NCBI GenBank assembly: GCA_964016885.1
Contig: OZ024742.1
Span: 185,008,001-185,072,000 of the forward strand
DNA from: Eledone cirrhosa
Lineage: Eukaryota
DNA: 64,000 bases
Reading direction: 5' to 3'
Every line of letters starts with the position of its first letter. Within the stretch, counting starts at the first letter, position 1. Positions 52,101 through 61,100 of this stretch are shown here, in pieces. The notes beneath the pieces were generated by a model. That model was given only the letters and a program-made list of their open reading frames with translations. It had not been told where the DNA came from and did not search any database. Made by a program: the position numbers and the translations under genes.

Positions 52101-55100
52101 GGGGTAAGTTAAGTTGGGGGTAAGTTACGTTGGGGTTGAGTTAAGTTGGGGTTAAGTTAAGTTGGGGTTAAGTTAAGTTGGGGTTAAGTTAAGTCGGGGT
52201 TAAGTTAATTTGGGGTTCAGTTAAGTTGGGGTTAAGTTAAGTTGGGGCTGAGTTAAGTTGGGGTCAAGTTAAGTTGGGGTTGAGTTAAGTTGGGGTTAAG
52301 TTAACTTGGGGTTAATTTAAGTTGGGGTTAAGTCAAATTGGGTTTGAGTTAAGTTAGGGTTAAGTTAAGTTGGGGTTAAGTTAAGTTGGGGTTAAGTTAA
52401 GTTGGGGTTAAGTTAAGTTGGGGTTAAATTAAGCTGGGTTTAAGTTAAGTTGGGGTTAAGTTAAGTTGGGGTTAAGTTAAGTTGGGGTTAAGTTAAGTTG
52501 AGGTTAAGTTAAGTTGGGGTTAAATTCAGTTGGGGTTAAGTTAAGTTGGGGTTAAGTTAAGTTGGGGATAAGTTAAGTTGAGTTTAAGTTAAGTTGGAGT
52601 TAATTTAAGTTGAGGTTAAGTTAAGTTGTGGTTAAGTTAAGTTGGGTTAAGTTAAGTTGGGGTTAAGTTAAGTTGGGGTTCAGTTAAGTTGGGGTTAAGT
52701 TAAGTAGGGGTTAAGTTGGGGTTAAATTAAGTTGGGGTTAAGTTAAGTTGGGGTTAAGTTAAGTTGGGGTTAAGTTAAGTTGGGGTTAAGTTAAGTTGGG
52801 GTTGAGTTAAGTTGGGGTTAATTTAAGTCGGGGTTAAGTTAAGTCGGGGTTACGTTAAGTCGGGGTTAAGTTAAGTTGTGGTTAAGTTAAGTTGGGGTTA
52901 AGTTAAGTTGGGGTTAAGTTAAGTTAGGGATAAGCTAAGTTGGCGTTAAGTTAAGTTGGGGTTAAGTTAAGTTGGGGTTAAGTTAAGTTGAGGTTAAGTT
53001 AAGTTGGGGTTAAATTCAGTTGGGGTTAACTTAAGTTGGGGTTAAGTTAAGTTGGGGTTAAGTTAAGTTGAGTTTAAGTTAAGTTGGAGTTAATTTAAGT
53101 TGAGGTTAAGTTAAGTTGTGGTAAAGTTAAGTTGGGGTTAAGTTAAGTTGGGGTTAAGTTAAGTTGGGGTTCAGTTAAGTTGGGGTTAAGTTAAGTAGGG
53201 GTTCAGTTGGGGTTAAATTAAGTTGGGGTTAAGTTAAGTTGGGGTTAAGTTAAGTTGGGGTTAAGTTAAGTTGGGGTTAAGTTAAGTTGGGGTTAAGTTA
53301 AGTTGGGGTTGAGTTAAGTTGGGGTTAAGTTAAGTCGGGGTTAAGTTAAGTTGGGGTTAAGTTAAGTTGGGGTTAAGTTAAGTTGGGGTTAAGTTAAGTT
53401 GGGGTTGAGTTAAGTTGGGGTTAAGTTAAGTTGGGGTTGAGTTAAGTTGGGGTTGAGTTAATTTGGGGTTAAGTTAAGTTGGGGTTAACTTAAGTTGGGG
53501 TTAAGTTAAGTTGGCGTTCAGTTAAGTTGCGGTTAAGTTAAGTTGGGGTTAACTTAAGTCGGGTTTAAGTTAAGTTGGGGTTAAGTTAAGTTGGGGTCAA
53601 GTTAAGTTGGGGTTAAGTTAAGTTGGGGTTAAGTTAAGTTGGGGTTAAGTTAAGTCGGGGTTACGTTAAGTTGGGGTTAAGTTAAGTTGGGGTTAAGTTA
53701 AGTTGGGGTCAAGTTAAGTTGGGGTTAAGTTAAGTTGGGGTTAAGTTAAGTTGGGGTTAAGTTAAGTCGCGGTTAAGTTAAGTTGGGGTTAAGTTAAGAT
53801 GGGGTTAAGTTAAGTTGTGGTTAAGTTAAGTTGGGGTTAAGATAAGTTGGGGTTAAGTTAAGTTGCGGTTGAGTTAAGTTGGGGTTGAGTTAATTGGGGT
53901 TAAGTTAAGTTGGGGTTAACTTAAGTTGGGTTTAAGTTAAGTTGGGGTTAAGTTAAGTTGGGGTTAAATTAAGTTGGGGTTATGATAAGTTGGGGTTAAG
54001 TTAAGTCGGGGTTAAGTTATGTCGGGGTTAAGTTAAGTTGGGGTTAAGTTAACTTGGTGTTAAGTTAAGTTGGGGTTCAGTTAAGTTGGGGTTGAGTTAA
54101 GTTGGGGGTCAAGTTAAGTTGGGGTTAAGCTAAGTTGGGGTTAAGTTAAGTTGGGGTTAAGTTAAGTTGCGGTTAAGTTAAGTTGGGGTTAACTTAAGTC
54201 GGGGTTAAGTTAAGTTGGGGTTAAGTTAAGTTGGGGTCAAGTTAAGTTGGGGTTAAGTTAAGTTGGGGTTAAGTTAAGTTGGGGTTAAGTTAAGTCGGGG
54301 TTAAGTTAAGTTGGGGTTAAGTTAAGTTGGGGTTAAGTTAAGTTGGGGTCAAGTTAAGTTGGGGTTAAGTTAAGTTGGGGTTAAGTTAAGTTGGGGTTAA
54401 GTTAAGTCGCGGTTAGTTAAGTTGGGGTTAAGTTAAGATGGGGTTAAGTTAAGTTGTGGTTAAGTTAAGTTGGGGTTAAGATAAGTTGGGGTTAAGTTAA
54501 GTTGCGGTTGAGTTATGTTAGGTTTGAGTTAATTGGGGTTAAGTTAAGTTGGGGCTAAGTTAAGTTGGGGCTAAGTTAAGTTGGGGCTAAGTTAAGTTGG
54601 GGTTAAGTTAAGGTGGGGTTTAGTTAAGTTGGGGTTGAGTTAAGTTGGGGTTGAGTTAAGTTGGGGTTAAGTTAAGTTGGGGTTAAGTTAAGTTAGGGTT
54701 AACTTAAGTTGGGGTTAAGTTAAGTTTAGGTTAACTTAAGTTGGGGTTAAGTTAAGTTGGGGTTAAGTTAAGTTGGGGCTAAGTTAAGTTGGGGCTAAGT
54801 TAAGTTGGGGCTAAGTTAAGTTGGGGTTAAGTTAAGGTGGGGTTTAGTTAAGTTGGGGTTGAGTTAAGTTGGGGTTGAGTTAAGTTAGGGTTAAGTTAAG
54901 TTGGGGTTAAGTTAAGTTAGGGTTAACTTAAGTTGGGGTTAAGTTAAGTTGGGGTTGAGTTAAGTTGGGGTTTAATTAAGTTGGGGTTGAGTTAAGTTGG
55001 GGTTGAGTTAAGTTGGGCTTGAGTTAAGTTGGGGTTGAGTTAAGTTGGGCTTATCTTAAGTTGGGGTTAATTTAAGATGGGGTTAAGTTAAGTTGGGGTT

Positions 55101-58100
55101 AAGTTAATTTGGGGTTAAGTTAAGTTGGGGTTAAGTTAAGTTGGGGTTATGTTAAGTTGGGGTTAAGTTAAGTTGAGGTTAACTTAAGTTGGGGTTAAGT
55201 TAAGTTGGGGTTAAGTTAAGTTGGGGCTAAGTTAAGTTGGGGCTAAGTTAAGTTGGGGTTAAGTTAAGTTGGGGTTAAGTTAAGTTGGGGTCAACTTAAG
55301 TTGGGGCTAAGTTAAGTTGGGGTTAAGTTAAGTTGGGGCTAAGTTAAGTTGGAGTTAAGTTAAGTTGGGGTTAAATTAAGTTGGGGTCAACGTAAGTTGG
55401 GGTTAAGTTAAGTTGGGGTTAAGTTAATTTGGGGGTAAGTTATGTTGGGGTTAAGTTAAGTTGGGGTTAAGTTAAGTTGGGGTTAAGTTAAGTTGGGGCT
55501 GAGTTAAATTGGGGCTGTGTTAAGTTGGGGTTAAGTTAAGTTGGGGTTAAGTTAAGTTGGGGTTAAGTTAAGTTGGGGTTAAGTTGGGGTTAAATTAAGT
55601 TGGGGTTAATTTAAGTTGGGGTTAAGTTAAGTTGGGTTTAGGTTAAGTTGGGGTTGAGTTAAGTTGGGGTTAAGTTAAGTTGGGGTTAATTTAAGTTGGG
55701 GTTAAGTTAAGTTGGGGCTGAGTTAAGTTGGGGTTAAGTTAAGTTGGGGTTGAGTTAAGTTGGGGTTAAGTTAAGTTGGAGTTAAGTTAAGTCGGGATTA
55801 AGTTAAGTTGGGGTTAAGTTAAGTTGGGGTTAAGTTAAGTTGGGGTTAAGTTAAGTTGGGGTTAAGTTAAGTTGGGGTTAAGATAAGTTGGGGTTAAGTT
55901 AAGTTGGGGTTGAGTTAAGTTGGGGTTGAGTTAATTTGGGGTTAAGTTAAGTTGGGGTTAACTTAAGTTGGGGTTCAGTTAAGTTGGCGTTCAGTTAAGT
56001 TGCGGTGAAGTTAAGTTGGGGTTAACTTAAGTCGGGGTTAAGTTAAGTTGGGGTTAAGTTAAGTTGGGGTCAAGTTAAGTTGGGGTTAAGTTAAGTTGGG
56101 GTTATGTTAAGTTGGGGTTAAGTTAAGTTGGGGTTAAGTTAAGTCGGGGTTAAGTTAAGTTGGGGTTAAGTTAAGTTGGGGATAAGTTAAGTTGGGGTCA
56201 AGTTAAGTTGGGGTTAAGTTAAGTTGGGGTTAAGTTAAGTCGCGGTTAATTTAAGTTGGGGTTAAGTTAAGATGGGGTTAAGTTAAGTTGGGGTTAAGTT
56301 AAGTTGGGGTTAAGATAAGTTGGGGTTAAGTTAAGTTGGGGTTGAGTTAAGTTGGGGTTGAGTTAATTGGGGTTAAGTTAAGTTGGGGTTAACTTAAGTT
56401 GGGTTTAAGTTAAGTTGGGGTTAAGTTAAGTTGGGGTTAAATTAAGTTGGGGTTAAGATAAGTTGGGGTTAAGTTAAGTCGGGGTTAAGTTAAGTCGGGG
56501 TTAAGTTAAGTTGGGGTTAAGTTAACTTGGTGTTAAGTTAAGTTGGGGCTCAGTTAAGTTGGGGTTGAGTTAAGTTGGGGTCAATTTAAGTTGGGACTAA
56601 GCTAAGTTGGGGTTAAGTTAAGTTGGGGTTAAGTTAAGTTGGCGCTAAGTTTAGTGAAGGTTAAGTTAAGTTGGGGTTGAGTTAAGTTGGGGTTAAGTTA
56701 AGTTGGGGTTAAGTTAAGTTAGGGTTAAGTTAAGCTTGGGTTAAGTTAAGTTGGGGTTGAGTTAATTTGGGGTTGAGTTAAGTTGGGGTTGAGTTAAGTT
56801 GGGGTTGAGTTAAGTTGGGGTTAAGTTAAGTTGGGGTTAACTTAAGTTGGTGTTAAGTTAAGTTGGGGTCAATTTAAGTTGAGGTTAAGTTAACTTGGGA
56901 TTAAGTTAAGTTGGGGTTAACTTAAATTGAGGTTAAGATAAGTTGGGGTTAAGTTAAGTTGGGGGTAAGTTAAGTTGGGGGTAAGTTAAGTTTGGGTTAA
57001 GTTGGGGTTAAGTTAAGTTAGGGTTAAGTTACGTTGGGGTTGAGTTAAGTTGGGGTTAATTTAAATTGGGGTTAAGTTAACTTTGTGGTTCAGTTAAGTT
57101 GGGGTTAAGTTAAGTTGGGGCTTATTTAAGTTGGGGTTAAGTTAAGTTGTGGTTAAGTTAAGTTGGGGTTAAGTTAAGTTGGGGTTAAGTTAAGTTGGGG
57201 TTAAGTTAAGTTGGGGTTAAATTAAGCTGGGTTGAAGTTAAGTTGGGGTTAAGTTAAGTTGGGGTTAAGTTAAGTTGGGGTTAAGTTAAGTTGGGGTTAA
57301 GTTAAGTCGGGGTTAAGTTAATTTGAGGTTCAGTTAAGTTGGGGTTAAGTTAAGTTGGGGCTTATTTAAGTTGGGGTTAAGTTAAGTTGTGGTTAAGTTA
57401 AGTTGGGGTTAAGTTAAGTCGGGGTTAAGTTAAGTCGGGGTTAAGTTAAGTTGTGGTTAAGTTAAGTTGGGGTTAATTTAAGTTGGGGTTAAGTTAAGTT
57501 AGGGATAAGCTAAGTTGGCGTTAAGTTAAGTTGGGGTTAAGTTAAGTTGGGGTTAAGTTAAGTTGTGGTTAAGTTAAGTTGGGGCTGAGTTAAGTTGGGG
57601 TCAAGTTAAGTTGGGGTTGAGTTAAGTTGGGGTTAAGTTAACTTGGGGTTAATTTAAGTTGGGGTTAAGTCAAATTGGGTTTGAGTTAAGTTAGGGTTAA
57701 GTTAAGTTGGGGTTAAGTTAAGTTGGGGTTAAGTTAAGTTGGGGTTAAGTTAAGTTGGGGTTAAATTAAGCTGGGTTTAAGTTAAGTTGGGGTTAAGTTA
57801 AGTTGGGGTTAAGTTAAGTTGGGGTTAAGTTAAGTTGAGGTTAAGTTAGGTTGGGGTTAAATTCAGTTGGGGTTAAGTTAAGTTGGGGTTAAGTTAATTT
57901 GGGGATAAGTTAAGTTGAGTTTAAGTTAAGTTGGAGTTGATTTAAGTTGAGGTTAAGTTAAGTTGTGGTAAAGTTAAGTTGGGGTTAAGTTAAGTTGGGG
58001 TTAAGTTAAGTTGGGGTTCAGTTAAGTTGGGGTTAAGTTAAGTAGGGGTTCAGTTGGGGTTAAATTAATTTGGGGTTAAGTTAAGTTGGGGTTAAGTTAA

Positions 58101-61100
58101 GTTGGGGTTAAGTTAAGTTGGGGTTAAGTTAAGTTGGGGTTGAGTTAAGTTGGGGTTAAGTTAAGTCGGGGTTAAGTTAAGTTGGGGTTAAGTTAAGTTG
58201 GGGTTAAGTTAAGTTGGGGTTAAGTTAAGTTGGGGTTGAGTTAAGTTGGGGTTAAGTTAAGTTGGGTTTAAGTTAAGTTGGGGTTAAGTTAAGTTGGGGT
58301 TAAGTTAAGGTGGGGTTAAGTTAAGTTGGGGTTAAGTTAAGTCGGGGTTAAGTTAAGTTGGGGTGAAGTTAAGTTGGGGTTAAGTTAAGTTGGGGTTAAG
58401 TTAAGTTCGGGTTAAGATAAGTTGGGGTTAAGTTAAGTTGGGGTTGAGTTAAGTTGGGGTTGAGTTAATTTGGGGTTAAGTTAAGTTGGGGTTAACTTAA
58501 GTTGGGGTTAAGTTAAGTTGGCGTTCAGTTAAGTTGCGGTTAAGTTAAGTTGGGGTTAACTTAAGTCGGGTTTAAGTTAAGTTGGGGTTAAGTTAAGTTG
58601 GGGTCAAGTTAAGTTGGGGTTAAGTTAAGTTGGGGTTAAGTTAAGTTGGGGTTAAGTTAAGTCGGGGTTAAGTTAAGTTGGGGTTAAGTTAAGTTGGGGT
58701 TAAGTTAAGTTGGGGTCAAGTTAAGTTGGGGTTAAGTTAAGTTGGGGTTAAGTTAAGTTGGGGTTAAGTTAAGTCGCGGTTAAGTTAAGTTGGGGTTAAG
58801 TTAAGATGGGGTTAAGTTAAGTTGTGGTTAAGTTAAGTTGGGGTTAAGATAAGTTGGGGTTAAGTTAAGTTGCGGTTGAGTTAAGTTGGGGTTGAGTTAA
58901 TTGGGGTTAAGTTAAGTTGGGGTTAACTTAAGTTGGGTTTAAGTTAAGTTGGGGTTAAGTTAAGTTGGGGTTAAATTAAGTTGGGGTTATGATAAGTTGG
59001 GGTTAAGTTAAGTCGGGGTTAAGTTATGTCGGGGTTAAGTTAAGTTGGGGTTAAGTTAACTTGGTGTTAAGTTAAGTTGGGGTTCAGTTAAGTTGGGGTT
59101 GAGTTAAGTTGGGGGTCAAGTTAAGTTGGGGTTAAGCTAAGTTGGGGTTAAGTTAAGTTGGGGTTAAGTTAAGTTGGGGTTAATTTAAGTTTTGGTTAAG
59201 TTAAGTTGGGGCTGAGTTAAGTTGGGGTCAAGTTAAGTTGGGGTTGATTTAAGAAGGGGTTAAGTGAACTTGGGGTTAAGTTAACTTGGGGTTAAGTTAA
59301 GTTGGGGTTAAGTTAAGTTGGGGTTAAGTTAAGTTGGGGTTAAGATAAGTTGGGGTTAAGTTAAGTTGGGGTTGAGTTAAGTTGGGGTTGAGTTAATTTG
59401 GGGTTAAGTTAAGTTGGGGTTAACTTAAGTTGGGGTTCAGTTAAGTTGGCGTTCAGTTAAGTTGCGGTGAAGTTAAGTTGGGGTTAACTTAAGTCGGGGT
59501 TAAGTTAAGTTGGGGTTAATTTAAGTTGTGGTCAAGTTAAGTTGGGGTTAAGTTAAGTTGGGGTTATGTTAAGTTGGGGTTAAGTTAAGTTGGGGTTAAG
59601 TTAAGTCGGGGTTAAGTTAAGTTGGGGTTAAGTTAAGTTGCGGTTAAGTTGAGTTGGGGTCAAGTTAAGTTGGGGTTAAGTTAAGTTGGGGTTAAGTTAA
59701 GTCGCGGTTAAGTTAAGTTGGGGTTAAGTTAAGATGGGGTTAAGTTAAGTTGGGGTTAAGTTAAGTTGGGGTTAAGATAAGTTGGGGTTAAGTTAAGTTG
59801 GGGTTGAGTTAAGTTGGGGTTGAGTTAATTGGGGTTAAGTTAAGTTGGGGTTAACTTAAGTTGGGTTTAATTTAAGTTGGGGTTAAGTTAAGTTGGGGTT
59901 AAATTAAGTTGGGGTTAAGATAAGTTGGGGTTAAGTTAAGTCGGGGTTAAGTTAAGTCGGGTTTAAGTTAAGTTGGGGTTAAGTTAACGTGCTGTTAAGT
60001 TAAGTTGGGGCTCAGTTAAGTTGGGGTTGAGTTAAGTTGGGGTCAAGTTAAGTTGGGACTAAGCTAAGTTGGGGTTAAGTTAAGTTGGGGTTAAGTTAAG
60101 TTGGCGCTAAGTTAAGTGAAGGTTAAGTTAAGTCGGGGTTAAGTTAAGTTGGGGTTAAGTTAAGTTGGGGTTAAGTTAAGTTGGGGTCAAGTTAAGTTGG
60201 GGTTAAGTTAAGTTGGGGTTAAGTTAAGTCGCGGTTAAGTTAAGTTGGGGTTAAGTTAAGATGGGGTTAAGTTAAGTTGGGGTTAAGTTAAGTTGGGGTT
60301 AAGATAAGTTGGGGTTCAGTTAAGTTGGGGTTGAGTTAAGTTGGGGTTGAGTTAATTGGGGGTAAGTTAAGTTGGGGTAAGTTAAGTTTGGGTTAAGTTG
60401 GGGTTAAGTTAAGTTAGGGTTAAGTTACGTTGGGGTTGAGTTAAGTTGGGGTTAATTTAAATTGGGGTTAAGTTAACTTTGTGGTTAAGTTAAGTTGGGG
60501 TTAAGTTAAGTTGAGGTTAATTTAAGTTGAGGTTAAGTTAAGTTGGGGTTAAGTTAAGTTGGGGTTAAATTAAGCTGGGTTGAAGTTAAGTTGGGGTTAA
60601 GTTAAGTTGGGGTTAAGTTAAGTTGGGGTTAAGTTAAGTTGGGGTTAAGTTAAGTCGGGGTTAAGTTAATTTGGGGTTCAGTTAAGTTGGGGTTAAGTTA
60701 AGTTGGGGCTTATTGAAGTTGGGGTTAAGTTAAGTTGTGGTTAAGTTAAGTTGGGGTTAAGTTAAGTCGGGGTTAAGTTAAGTCGGGGTTAAGTTAAGTT
60801 GTGGTTAAGTTAAGTTGGGGTTAAGTTAAGTTGGGGTTGAGTTAAGTTAGGGATAAGCTAAGTTGGCTTTAAGTTAAGTTGGGGTTAAGTTAAGTTGGGG
60901 TTAAGTTAAGTTGTGGTTAAGTTAAGTTGGGGCTGAGTTAAGTTGGGGTCAAGTTAAGTTGGGGTTGAGTTAAGTTGGGGTTAAGTTAACTTGGGGTTAA
61001 TTTAAGTTGGGGTTAAGTCAAATTGGGTTTGAGTTAAGTTAGGGTTAAGTTAAGTTGGGGTTAAGTTAAGTTGGGGTTAAGTTAAGTTGGGGTTAAGTTA